A program made the translations under genes and the position numbers. This document shows positions 13,260 to 24,837 of a stretch of DNA of 64,000 nt, one piece after another. The DNA lies in the NCBI RefSeq assembly GCF_044704955.1, contig NC_092000.1, forward strand, positions 29,450,001 to 29,514,000. Direction: 5' to 3'. The stretch comes from Pristiophorus japonicus. Taxonomy: Eukaryota. Position 1 is the first letter of the stretch. Every line of letters begins with the position of its first letter. The notes beneath the pieces are model-generated. The model was given only the letters and a program-made list of their open reading frames with translations. It did not search any database and was not told the origin of the DNA.

Positions 13260-13269
13260 TTTATTTATT
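13260..13269 (-). terminator. Candidate ATP13A1 polyadenylation signal (overlapping AATAAA hexamers)
   Basis: Minus strand reads AATAAATAAA about 235 nt after the stop codon, followed by GT-rich sequence (GTTTGCGAGTGTTTGTG). Confidence 0.6.
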
Positions 13270-13500
13270 TTTTTCTTCCAGATTTTTTTTTTGGGGGAGT
13301 ACGAAAATACCAGTCGTATTTATTTTTTATATCAAAAACCATCAAAGAAAAGGGTTGGCGAGTTAAAAGTCTGTCTGCGGGGAGTGGCTCAGTGCCCAGC
13401 CTCTCTCGCCCCGACTTCCCTCGCTGGGGTGTGGGCCCGGCTGGGGACCTGTCCGTTGAGGTGCGCTGAGGAAGGGCTGCTTAGTCTGCCAGCTCAGCCA

Positions 13501-13611
13501 TCAGGAAGGCACGTGTAATCTGCTGCTCCCCAGCAATACCTCGAGGGTTCGGTCCAGCCCAAGCGCCACCAGGAAGTCGGCCACCAGAACCCCGGCAATC
13601 ACCGTCTTCAG
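13501..13611 (-). CDS. ATP13A1: ATP13A1 last coding exon (LKTVIAGVLVADFLVALGLDRTLEVLLGSSRLHVPS*)
   Basis: Final TM helix and a ...VPS* C-terminus like mammalian ATP13A1. GCAG acceptor, TGA at 13501-13503. Confidence 0.93.
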   Translation of the reverse strand: MKTVIAGVLVADFLVALGLDRTLEVLLGSSRLHVPS

Positions 13612-14842
13612 CTGCGGCAAAGAAAGAGGAATTAATCTTAGCCCTTTCTGCCCAGATTGTGTTGCTGTAATCCTCTCTCCCAATAGTTCTGACTCAGAAT
13701 TCTACAGCTCTGCTGGTGCTAATACCCACTCCAGTGCATCCCAGTGGCTATTTTCATAGAATACAGGTCAGCCACGGTAGCATGGCTGCGGACTATTTGA
13801 CTACAGTGTGTATCACATCCAAGTTTAATTCCATCTTCGCTTGGCAACCGCATGCATTTTCCGACAGGGGTTCACTGATTGGTGATCAGGGTCGTTGATT
13901 TCCCCAACTCCCTCTCGCCCAGCGTTCACAATGGGGTGCACTGCAAACCGAGGTCTGCTGGGTCACGTACAGCACAGGTCAGCTGCAATGTGGAGCTTTT
14001 CCTGAACTCAATGATACATCTTGTACTTTACAACTGCTGCATGTCCTGCACCACAAATCCCGACTGAAGGGAACGGTCCAATTGGGGCCAAGCCCAGGCA
14101 GGGCCTGAGAGAAAACTCGGCATCGGAGGTCCGTGCTAAAAGCGGGAAGGGCTGGAAATATGTAGCAGGTAAAGATCCCGGGGATTACAGCACGGAGCGA
14201 GGGTCCCCGGGATTACAGCACGGAGGGCTATGTGGGCCATCCCACTGTTGCTAAACCTCTACTGGTGTAATTCAACTTCCCTGCCCTTTCAAATACTGAC
14301 CCAATTTCCCTTTAAATGATATTACAGTCTGCCTCAATAGTCCCTTGTGGTGAAACAATCCCTGTTTTAATAATCCTCTGAGCAAACATTTCGAAGGACC
14401 CCCTCAGTCCTCTAGTGAAAATCCTCAGTCTGAGCCGCTGTTCTTGTTCCCCTTTAACATACTGCCCACATTACTTCTAAAAGCTCCTTTTTAAGTCCCT
14501 CCCCTGCCACTATGCCCATTTTAGTTACAAACTACCTACTCCCTTCAGCACAGAGTCTGAAGTAACCCTCTTAGCTCCAACATCACAAACGCACGCCCGA
14601 GCCAAAACCACCCCCCACCTTCTTCAGCCATTTTCAACCCCATGACCGGGTCATTCTTCCACTTCCAGCCTAATAACTGGAGCAAATAGATTTCCTGCCC
14701 GATCTCCACTTGTTCAAGAGCAAACAGAGCCCCCTCCCTCACGTCCCCCCCCCCCAATACAACACCCGAATCCCAGTGATTCTGGATAAGTTGTTGGGGA
14801 GCCTGAGAGAGGCATTGAGAGAGTTTATTTTCCCATCCATAC

Positions 14843-14986
14843 CTGTGTTGGGATTTCCACGAGCCCAAACTGTTGGTTGAACTCTGGTGAGGAGCCAACG
14901 AGCAGGCCCACAATGGCGAGGCCGGAGACCACGATACTCCACAGCAAGGGCTTGTTCTCGCGCAGGCTCTCCATGAACGGATGGCC
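14843..14986 (-). CDS. ATP13A1: ATP13A1 penultimate exon ([48 protein letters not shown])
   Basis: Translated by hand. GxPFMESLxENKPL motif, 144 nt, phase 0 to 0. Confidence 0.96.
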
Positions 14987-15162
14987 CTGAAAGCACACAC
15001 ACACGTCGAGCTTAATACCAGGGACCCTTCCATCGCTCAGAGTCGGTCACAGGCTGAAAATTAATTTTCAGGATAAAGAAGACTGGTTGCTCGCTGGCCA
15101 CTGCAATCTTGCCCCATAAAGTCTGCAACACGACTCGAGAATTGCATCCCCCACACTCCCTC

Positions 15163-15425
15163 TGTTCTGTAATTGCTTAGTGGGTTCTTTGCTTAAGAAT
15201 TCATAGCAACACTATTAAGAACTAGTTGCTTCATTAGCAAAAAGGTTCAACAATCACACTACACATTACCAATTCATCCACCGGGCTCACAGCCACCTGC
15301 CTCATTGTGGATCCCCCGAACCCAACTGGCTGGGGTTTTATTGAGTCTTGTGAACATCACGTGACTGGCTAAGCCACTCACAGCTCAACAAACCTGTGAG
15401 CATCCTCACATGTGCATATATTACA
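15163..15425 (-). mobile_element. Short solo LTR
   Basis: TG...CA termini with an exact 5-bp target duplication CCCTC (15158-15162 and 15426-15430). Orientation inferred from a TATA-like AATAAAA on the minus strand. Confidence 0.7.
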
Positions 15426-15550
15426 CCCTCAAAGACAATTATTGGCGCCACAGCTCGGTGGCAGGGCAAGACACTTGGTGATGAAAGGTCAGCGAAGGCA
15501 CGGTCCCCGCTCGATCAGTCTCTGGCCAGTACACTGTCTGCTCCTCTTAC

Positions 15551-15665
15551 CTTGTAATTAATGGCGAAGGTGGCCATCTGCATGGCCATGGACATGATGT
15601 ACACGGTGCTGTTCACCAGGCTGGGCTCAAACTCCTTGTACAGATCCACAAACCCGTCGTCTGTT
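15551..15665 (-). CDS. ATP13A1: ATP13A1 exon ([38 protein letters not shown])
   Basis: [11 protein letters not shown]...FAINYK motif. 115 nt, phase 2 to 0. Confidence 0.97.
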
Positions 15666-16146
15666 CTGGAAAAAGGAAAAGTAAAGGAGGGCAGTAAAAC
15701 ACTAAACACAAGCCCAGGGACCAGAAACATTAAGTGCCCTGTCCAGGAAAGCCCAAGATCAGAGGCCTGGTCTCCAACACAGACTCTCACACCAGCTGCA
15801 GCTCAGCAGCTCGAAGGTCATTTACTTGCTGCAACACCTGCATTGGTTATTTGAGCCATTTCACCATTGCTGTCCTGGCTACAGCCCTTACAGTGCAACC
15901 TTTGAACAGTGAGCCATTTACTCACAATTCATCTCGAATTTTTCCCCCTTCCTCTCCGGACTCACTGGGACACAGTGCCAAGGTAGTGAATACCTTCCTA
16001 TACTTCACCCAAGTGGCCATTTGACTATCTACCTGGGAAGTTAGTGTCATTGGGCTATTGGACAGTGGAGGCAATCACAACCAAACCCAATTCCCAGCAT
16101 CCACCTGCGCACGTTAAAGAGACGTCACTGACTAGGAACCTGAGCG

Positions 16147-17005
16147 AACCTCTCCCCTCTCTAGCCCAGTCCACAACCTTTCCCCTCCCTAGCTCAGGCC
16201 ACAACCTTTCCCTTCCCTTGCTGCAGTACAGAGGGACCTGGGGGTCCTTGTGCATGAAACACAAAGTTAGTATGCAGGTACAGCAAGTAATCAGGAAGGC
16301 AAATGGGATGTTGGCCTTTATTGCAAGGGGGATGGAGTATAAAAGCAGAGAAGTCCTGCTACAACTGCACAGGGTATTGGTGAGGCCACACCTGGAGTAT
16401 TGCGTGCAGTTTTGGTCCCTGTATTTAAGGAAGGCTATACTTGCATTGAAGGCTGTTCAGAAGGTTCACTCTGTTGATTCCGGAGATGAGGGGGTTGACT
16501 TATGAGGATAGGTGGAGTAGTTTGGGCCTATACTCATTGGAGTTCAGAAGAATGAGAGGTGATCTTATTGAAACTTATAAGATAATGAGGGGACTCGACA
16601 AGTGGTGCAGAGAGGATATTTCCACTCATAGGAGAAACTAAAACTAGGAGACAGAGTCTCAGAATAAGGGGCCGCCCATTTAAAACTGAGATGAGGAGGA
16701 TTTTTCTCTCTCGGAGGGTTGTAAATCTGTGGAATTCTCTGTCACAGGGAGCTGTGGAGGCTTGGTCTTTGAATATATTTAAGGCATAGACAGATTTTTG
16801 AGCGTTAAGGGAGTAAAGGATTATGGTGAGTGGGCAGGGAAGTGGAGCAGAGTCATGATCAAATCAGACATGGCTTGAGGGGCCAAACGGCCTACTCCTA
16901 TTTCTTCTGTTCTTGCCCGGTCCATGACCTCTCTCCTCCCTAGCCCAGCCCACGACCTTTCCCTTCCCTAGCCCAGCCACAACCTTTCTCCACTCTAGCG
17001 CAGGG
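16147..17005. repeat. 28-bp tandem repeat (AACCTTTCCCCTCCCTAGCCCAGNCCAC) split by a CR1 insertion
   Basis: About 2.5 units at 16147-16219 and about 3 units at 16915-17005. Confidence 0.75.
16220..16913 (+). mobile_element. CR1 3' fragment
   Basis: [14 protein letters not shown] motif and CR1 3' tail. Confidence 0.9.
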
Positions 17006-17320
17006 CTGTGATGCCCACGACTTTTCCCCTCACTATTTTCAGACAATTAAAATGAATGGGCATTAACTCTGTGGTATCAGTGTGGGCACTACTATTGATA
17101 CCCTAGCTGAGAAAAGCTAAGGCAGCACAGACCGTGGCTCCGACCCTAGGTCAGGAATTCATCACTCAGCCACTGCATGAGTGAATTTTGGCCCTTTCAA
17201 ATCATTTTCCTTCCTTGGATACAGCAGAATATTTCCTTCTCTCTCTCTCCTGCTGCAGTGAAGCAGGCAAGAGACCTGCAGGCCCCCGTAACTCTATAAC
17301 TGTGGCGTGCCAGAGATCTC

Positions 17321-18238
17321 AGGCTCAATTTTGGCCAGGAGTTGCTCCTTTTTTTTTGGAGTAACCTGCTTTTTCTGGCGTATTCCCAGTTTCCCCAATC
17401 AATTTGCATCAGCTTAGTTACGTTTTTTTAAGATTCGTTTTTTTTCTCAAAAGGGGGCGTTACCAGCTACCTGCACCAGTTCTGCCCATTTAGGCAACTT
17501 TAGCCAGCTAATAGCTACTCCATTTCTACTTAGGCCAGCGTATGTGGCCACTTCAGAAAACCCTTGCAGAGAACTTTTTTAAAAAATTGCCGCAGGCAAG
17601 TACATCGGAGGCGATTCGGCCTGGGATAGGGGCGGGAAGCAGAGAGGACCTGCACCTAAACCAACCAAGCTTTACCCTTAGCAATGTTTGAAAACAAAAA
17701 GTACTAACAATTCAATAAGAAATAAAAAATTGAAGTCCTACTTTCATCTTCAAACGTGGCTCGGGAAGGTAGCGGGCTGATGTGGGAGGCCACTCGGCCA
17801 GGGCTAGGGGCGGGCAGGAGAACTGATAGAAATCACTGGCAGGCAGGAGCACCATCAGTTCTCCTGCCCGCCCCTAGCCCAACAAAGGAGGCAGAATAAA
17901 TGTAGAGAATTTTACCTAAAGGAGCCCAGCAACACAGGGTGGAAGAACATCGCCACGCTCTGAAACTGAGAGACCTACATCAATTGGGACTGTTGTTGCA
18001 GACTCACAGCGCTACTGCTCATGTGCGGACATCACCAGCGGACTCCACTGCGCATGTGCAGACGTCCCGGCACATTTTCCAGCGTAGAACGCAGGCTCCA
18101 CCCCCGACTCGACTGGCCACGCCGTGCGACTGCAGTGAAGACGCCGGACAGCGGCCAAAGTGGCAACACTTTTTTTTTCGGTGCACCTTGGAACGTAGAT
18201 AAGCGACAACTCCGGTAAGTGCGCCAAAATTGAGGCCC
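17321..18238. mobile_element. Non-autonomous DNA transposon (MITE-like) with ~15-bp imperfect TIRs
   Basis: Left AGGCTCAATTTTGGC, right GCCAAAATTGAGGCCC. Internal motifs shared with the element at 28016-29026. Confidence 0.65.
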
Positions 18239-18690
18239 TAGTGAGAGATGCTCATGCTGGCCAACACCAGGGTACGGTTATTGGGCAGCACAGTATTAAA
18301 AGGGGCAGAACACTTCCATGGCCGGATGCACGTCTCATGAATTGGACTGTGCTGGTTGCTGAAAGCTGACGGGACAAACTGCACTGGGTGCTAATGAGCA
18401 AGATGGAGGTTTTCCACGAATCTGGAGCAGTCTTAACCCAGGTCAGCACATTATAACACTTTCTAAAGTACTTCACTGGCTGCAGAGCGGTTTGGGACAT
18501 CCTGAGATTGTGAAAGGCACTACAGAAATAGCAAGTACTACTTTTCTTTAGAAGAGTTGTGGATTCGAACACTGCCAAATCCCTAACTTGGATGAGCACA
18601 AGGAGGAAAAATAGAAGCACCTTTCTGCCGGGGCTCTGCACCCTTCCCTTGGCCGGACCGGGAGATGAGAAACAATGAGCAGGGCCTCAC

Positions 18691-18833
18691 CTGGAGTAGG
18701 AATATTCCTGCGCCGTCTTGTACAAGAACACCAAGCTAACGAAATGGACAGCGAACTGCAGCAGCACGGTGAGTATCGTGTACAGATTGAATATGTTTGG
18801 CAGCGGACGCACCTTTGACAGGGTCTTCAGTGG
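18691..18833 (-). CDS. ATP13A1: ATP13A1 exon ([47 protein letters not shown])
   Basis: [10 protein letters not shown] motif followed by a TM helix. 143 nt, phase 0 to 2. Confidence 0.96.
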
Positions 18834-19585
18834 CTGCAGGAAGTCAGGAGAGCAGGAGGTTATGTCACCTAATGACCCAACATTGACCCTCCCCTCCCCA
18901 CCCCTCGCCCTGGGGTGTGGATCCACAGCGGCCACAGGTCCTCTGCCAACTGGCCATTCGTCCCGTGTGAAGTTGGCCAGCGAGATGGGAAACAGCCAAG
19001 CCCAAGACTACACTCACCGGACAAACACATCCACAACGTCCCATCAGGGGTCTCCAGACAACGGCCGGGAGGAAGAGTACTTGGCCAATATATCACCCCG
19101 CCCCCCCCCCCCTCCCACCCACTCCCCAAAACCTGGGGACACCAAGGCCAGGGATTGAACCCAGAATGCTTCTGATCGATACAACACAATTATATATTCA
19201 CTGATGCAAGACAAGTCACTGTTTATCATACGTTACAGACTCAGACTCTCATTTGCAGGTAACTGTAGATCATCACGATAAACCTGCAGGGATCATCATT
19301 CGCTAACCCATCAGGTTTGAGGTGGTCACATTCACTATAAGGAGCGGACTGTGCATAGACGTCAGTCAGACTGCGTGGGGACATCGGGTGCGGGCAGGAT
19401 TGGGCTCAGTTTCAATGCCCTTTGTGGGCTGACAGTCTGTGGATATTCATTACCTTAGCTCACCCAGGGAGATAGACCAATACAAGGCCGGTCCCCGTGG
19501 ATCCTGGGCCCAAGCAACAGACACACAGAGCAGAGGAAGAAACTGATGAGAAAATTAAAAGATGAACATTCCCATTATTCCTTTG

Positions 19586-19590
19586 TAGAG

Positions 19591-19638
<48 letters not shown>

Positions 19639-19700
19639 CAGAGAGGAGGAGAAAGAGAGATAGAGAGAGATAGAAAAAGGAGAGCAAACAGAGGAGAGAC
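19586..19700. repeat. (GA)n microsatellite and purine-rich extension
   Basis: Direct reading. Confidence 0.95.
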
Positions 19701-20470
19701 AGTGACATGGGCACACATGGAGACAGAGAAAGACAAGACACTGGGGCCAGGGACCAGCTCTGTAATGTGGCCACAAACGGTTGATGAGGTACAAGTGGCA
19801 AACCCTCCCTGACCACAGGAAGCACAGAGAGTTTCACAAGTCTGACCTCAGCCTCACAGTCCCCAGCCTGAAGCATCGAATGCTCCCAGTCCCCACACCT
19901 GTCCCTGCAGATAAGGGAAGCGCTTGGACAGAAAGTGCAGGGTCTTCAAGAAACAAAAGCAGATAGACCAGCTCACACAGGTAACGTACTGCTGAGAAAC
20001 CCGTGCGATCTACCAGTCTGTTATAAAACAGAGGCGAGTGGTTTTCTGGCCGTAATCTCTGAGGGATCAGACAGTGGTTACAAAATCTGAGCTCCGATGT
20101 CATCTAAACCACTCCATCAGATCACTGCCTTGTAATCCTATTGCAGATTTCTGGCTAACCCACTCTGGTCCTGGGTTGGTTCTGGGCACTATTGACGGGG
20201 CAGGTTATTTGGGGGGAGTGGGGTGGGAGACAAGCTTTCTTCCATTTCGTCATCCTCACTCCAGTCTTTTGCTAAAACCAGAGAAAGCGAGAGGTAGAGT
20301 TACTGGGTTTGGATTATACAACTGTGACTGGGTTGTAACTGCCACAACTTGTCATATTTACGTTACACTTCACGATGTTTAAATAGATTCAGAGTCTACA
20401 AGTGACAGCCCATGCAGGAAGTAATGAGTCAGGTACAGATCCACAAATGTTTAAGTACACCTTACTTTAC

Positions 20471-20667
20471 CTTTGATCGTGAGATGAAGAGGAAACAGCC
20501 CGCTAGCAGCAGCCCTTGCAGTGTGGCCTGAAAGTCGCTGAATTTAACTCCCTCCAGGTACAGCACACTCTGGCTGTAGGCGAGGATCAGTGCATTCAGG
20601 GCCAGGATCTTAAACATCTGCAGCGTGGTTACCAGCGTGCAGCGACCCTGCTTTATCACATAACATA
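20471..20667 (-). CDS. ATP13A1: ATP13A1 exon ([25 protein letters not shown]...[10 protein letters not shown])
   Basis: Highly conserved P5A transmembrane region. 197 nt, phase 1 to 0. Confidence 0.97.
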
Positions 20668-20681
20668 CTGCGGAGAGACAG

Positions 20682-21005
20682 AGAACACAAGAACATAAGA
20701 AATAGGAGCAGGAGTAGGCCATACGGCCCCTCGAGCCTGCTCTGCCATTTAATACGATCATGGCTGATCCGATCACGGACTCAGGTCCACTTCCCTGCCC
20801 GCTCCCCATAACCCCTTAATCCCTTATCAGTTAAGAAACTGTCTGTCTCTGTCTTAAATCCATTTAATGTCCCAGCTTCCACAGCTCTCTGAGGCAGCGA
20901 ATTCCACAGATTTACAACCCTCAGAGAAGACATTCCTCCTCATCTCAGTTTTAAGTGGGCGGCCCTTTATTCTAAGATTATGCCCCCTAGTTCTAGTCTC
21001 CCCTA
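20682..21005 (-). mobile_element. CR1 3' fragment abutting an exon acceptor
   Basis: CR1 3'UTR and TTCTTATG tail. Near-identical to 23365-23700. Confidence 0.9.
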
Positions 21006-21559
21006 GAGAGGGGGACAGGATGTCTGTAAACCTGAAAAATCTCTCAGTTTGCAACTTGTGCCTGGAATTCCCACACAAGGTCACTTCCCGATTCTCCATG
21101 TGCAGTGGCAGCGAGGTGCTGAATGGTATACAGGGGGATATGGAGGAAATCAGCAGATCTTAAACACTTGCTGGCTGTGGAGGAGGCCTGGGAACTAATC
21201 TCAGCAGCTTCATCAGCCTGCTTCAAGGCATGTTTAAATGATTTCCTCCCCTTACTCCTGAGGCAATGACTCACTAGAGGTACAGCTGCTGGGCAGCACA
21301 TCAAACGCCCTTCAGGCGTGAATCTAGACACCGAGTCTTGGCACCGTGATGGGCATCATGGCTGGCTATCCAATCCCGTAACTAACCAACATCCACAACT
21401 ATCCAACAGGGATCATTGGTTCATGATCAAGGGTGGGATTGAACCCGAAATCATGGTGGCTCATTACCATTTATCCAGACACAAAGGAACACAGACATTT
21501 TACCCAGCCTTTCACATATTAATTTGGTTGATAGGAGCCAAACTAGACCATATTGTAGG

Positions 21560-22320
21560 AATTCATAGAATTGTAGAGCACAGAAAGAGCCCATTCAGCC
21601 CATCTTGCCTGTTCCAGCTCTTTGAAAGAACTATCCATTTAGTCCAACTCTTCGTGCTCTTTGCCCTGTAAATTTCTCCTTTTCATCCAATTCACTTTTG
21701 AAAGTTTTTATTGAATCTGCTTCCACTACTCTTTCAGGCAGTGCATTCCAGATCATAATTTGTTGTTTACAAAAATCTGTCTTCTGGTTACTAACCCTCC
21801 TGCCAATGGAAACAGTTTCTCTCGATCTACTCTATAAAAACCCTTCATAATTGTAACCACCTCTTAAATCTCCCCTTAACCTTCTCTGCTCTATGGACCC
21901 TAACCCTAAATCCCAGCTTCTCCAGTCTCTCCACTTAACTGAAGTTCTGCATCCCTGGTTCCATTCTGGTAAATTTCCTCTGCACCCTCTCCAAGGTCTT
22001 GACATCCTTCCTATAGTGTGATGCCTAGAATTGGATACAGTACTCCATCTAAGGCCTAACCAGTGACTTATAAAGGTTCAGCATAACTTCCTTGCATTTG
22101 TTCTCTACGCCTCGATTTATAAAGCCCAGGATCCAATATGCTTTAACAGACTCATAAACTTGTCCAGCCACCAAAGATTTGTGTACATATATCCCCAGGT
22201 CTCTCTGTTCCTACACCCCTTTTAAAATTGAACTACTTCCTTCATGTTGCCTCTCCTCATTCTTCCAAAATGCGTCACTTCTACTTAAATGTTATCTGCC
22301 ATGTGATTGCCATTTCACCA
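21560..22320 (-). mobile_element. Older CR1 3' fragment
   Basis: Degenerate ORF2 C-terminal and 3'UTR motifs. Confidence 0.75.
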
Positions 22321-22977
22321 GTCTGTCTGAATGGTGGAAGAAGTTCCACTACAATATGGAGTTTTATTTTATTCTGTGTGCTCTGGATCACGCATCACTT
22401 GAAACCAAGGTGGAAATCCCCCTACCCTTCCCTAATGCCGCACTGAGCCAGCTTCTTGGATTGAGCAGTGAGCTGAAGAGAAGCCATATTGTCGAGATCC
22501 ACAGAAAGTGGTCCCCACCATTGTGGATCCAGGCACTGGTGTTTTAGGTTGGATCGAGAATTGGATTCACATTGGTAGAGAGTGATTACTAAGGGTAGCA
22601 GCTGTGTGTGGGTGGGGTCCAATTGCTAGTGAAGTCCCGCAGGGATCGGTGTTAGGGCGTTACTACTCACCAGCTTTATCACTTTATTTGGCTGAACGTG
22701 TCGGGGGAACGGTCCATACGTTTGCTGATAACACCAAGTATGCAGGAGTTAGGAGCTTAGTCTGTAGGTGGATCTAGAGGCCCTATGATAATGGTAGATG
22801 TCTTGCAATGTAGACCAGCGCCGTGTGATGCATTTGGGTCTGGGTGATTCCAGCTATATACAACACCCCATGCAGGTTGCCTGCTCAATGCTTCTGAGCG
22901 AGAGAAGGACCTGGGGTGGTAGTTGATGAAACATAGATCAACGTTGTGAAAGTGGGGCAAAGAAAATCTGCCACAAT

Positions 22978-23164
22978 TGTGTATGGGGAAAGAGTCAGAC
23001 TGAACACTGAGCTCAAAGTAAAGTGTAACCGTCGGCTTTTATTGCAGGTCTCCAAAGTGCCTTCTTAAATACCTGTGCTCCCAAGGGATTATGGGGTCCC
23101 TTGGGATGAGGGAATGAGCTCTCTGGTGGCTGTACAGAGTAAATACAAGTCCACATATATAACA
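22978..23164 (-). mobile_element. Short solo LTR-like element
   Basis: TG...CA ends. Minus strand has TATTTAA followed by AATAAA. No clean TSD. Confidence 0.5.
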
Positions 23165-23235
23165 ATTACGAAGCAAAGCATGTGCTGCATGTTAAGCGGC
23201 ACTGGGGGCGGGGTGGGTTACATACAAATACTCAC

Positions 23236-23350
23236 TGCACATGATGGACGATAGCTTGGAAGTAAATGGGGCTGCAATGCTGGCATCTCCCAGTTTTATT
23301 ACAGGCATCTGGTCCTCCTCGAGGTCCTTTAGCACCTGGTTAAGACGCTC
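23236..23350 (-). CDS. ATP13A1: ATP13A1 exon ([38 protein letters not shown])
   Basis: Translated by hand. [14 protein letters not shown] motif, 115 nt, phase 0 to 1. Confidence 0.96.
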
Positions 23351-23364
23351 CTGTAGGGAAACAG

Positions 23365-23962
23365 AAGATCATAAGAAATAGGAGCAGGAGTAGGCCATAC
23401 GGTCCCTCGAGCCTGCTCCGCCATTTAATACGATCATGGCTGATTCGATCATGGACGCAGGTCCACTTCCCTACCCGCTCCCCATAACCCCTTATTCCCT
23501 TATCATTTAAGAAACTGTCTATCTCAGTCTTAAATTTATTCAATGTCCCAGCTTCCACAGCTCTGAGGCAGCGAATTCCACAGATTTACAACCCTCAGAA
23601 GAAATTTTTCCTCATCTCAGTTTTAACTGGGCAGCCCCTTATTCTAAGATTATGCCCCCTAGTTCTAGTCTCCCCCATCAGTGGAAACATCCTCTCTGTC
23701 AAGCCCCCTCATAATCTTATACGTTTCGATAAGATCACATCTCATTCTTCTGAATTCCAATGAGTAGAGGCCCAACCTCCTCAACCTTTCCTCATAAGTC
23801 AACCCCCTCATCTCTGGAATTAACCTAGTGAACCTTCTCTGAACTGCCTCCAAAGCAAGTATATCCTTTCATAAATATGGAAACCAAAACTGTACGCAGT
23901 ATTCGAGGTGTGGCCTCACCAACAACCTGTATAACTGTAGCAAGACTTCCCTGCTTTTATAC
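23365..23962 (-). mobile_element. CR1 3' fragment abutting an exon acceptor
   Basis: VQRRFTRLIP...LGLYSLEFRR motif and tail. Confidence 0.9.
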
Positions 23963-24837
23963 ACGGTGGGTGGAGAGATGATTCACAGTGAACACCGACG
24001 GCTGCTAATATCATTGACCCTTCGAATACTGCCCAGTGGGTCCCCCCCACCCCCACAGAACAGGACACACCAACGAAAGGTAGGCTCCTAACTACACCAT
24101 TTGTTAACTCAAACATTCCAACCACTGCCTCATGGGTGAGAATACCCGAAAGACCTAAACAGGAAGCTGGGTCACGGGCTGAATTAAACACTACTTATAA
24201 CATCAACCCAGTCGAGTTTTGAACTCCACATACAGCCCATCACCAAGGTCGCTTGTATAATGTGCCCATCTCCTCAGGCCCCAATGCAATTTCCTTGGCC
24301 TCGCTCCACCCTCGCTCTGCAGCCTCCTCCAACCCTACACCCTCCACTCTGGCCTGTTCACCACCCCCCACCCCCCACTCCAGCTCCCTCTATTCCACCC
24401 TCACTGACGTCCGTTGCATCAGCAAGCAGCTGTCAAACCTTGCCTGGTGGGAAGGAAAACCACTGAGAGAGCTGCAACCCCGGGGCCCCTTCCGCACAAC
24501 ACATAGCAGCTGGTCTCGAACTGCATTGGCAGGAGCCTGCAAACCCTGGCAACTCGGATAAAGGGTGCAAAATAGCTCTTTACTCCCATTTTCTTCCCTC
24601 CCCGGGACACTGGCTTCTGGCGAAGGATTTGGCTCTACAGGTGGCGACACCCTCATCTATCACACTCAAGTGAGCCTAGACAACGTGGTTTAGTAGGGTA
24701 TTCGACCACAGCCCAATCCTGTTCCAGGAGGGGATCAATGGGTAGAGATCAGGCTGATTTTTTTCTCCCCTTAATGATGGACAGTTGTCCTGCTCCAACT
24801 CAGATCAGTTAACTTAAGCACAGATTGGAGCCGATAC

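Noticed and set aside
14177-14226. Tandem duplication of CCGGGATTACAGCACGGAG
   Set aside because: Two units at the end of an old CR1-like fragment; an ordinary local duplication.
16147-17005. Repeat-spacer pattern resembling CRISPR (also 28513-28652, 60319-60432)
   Set aside because: Eukaryotic DNA, tandem units without unique spacers, no cas genes.
21044-21331. 95-aa minus-strand ORF in an ATP13A1 intron
   Set aside because: The flanking exons already join in frame and no homology is recognisable; not supported as a cassette exon.
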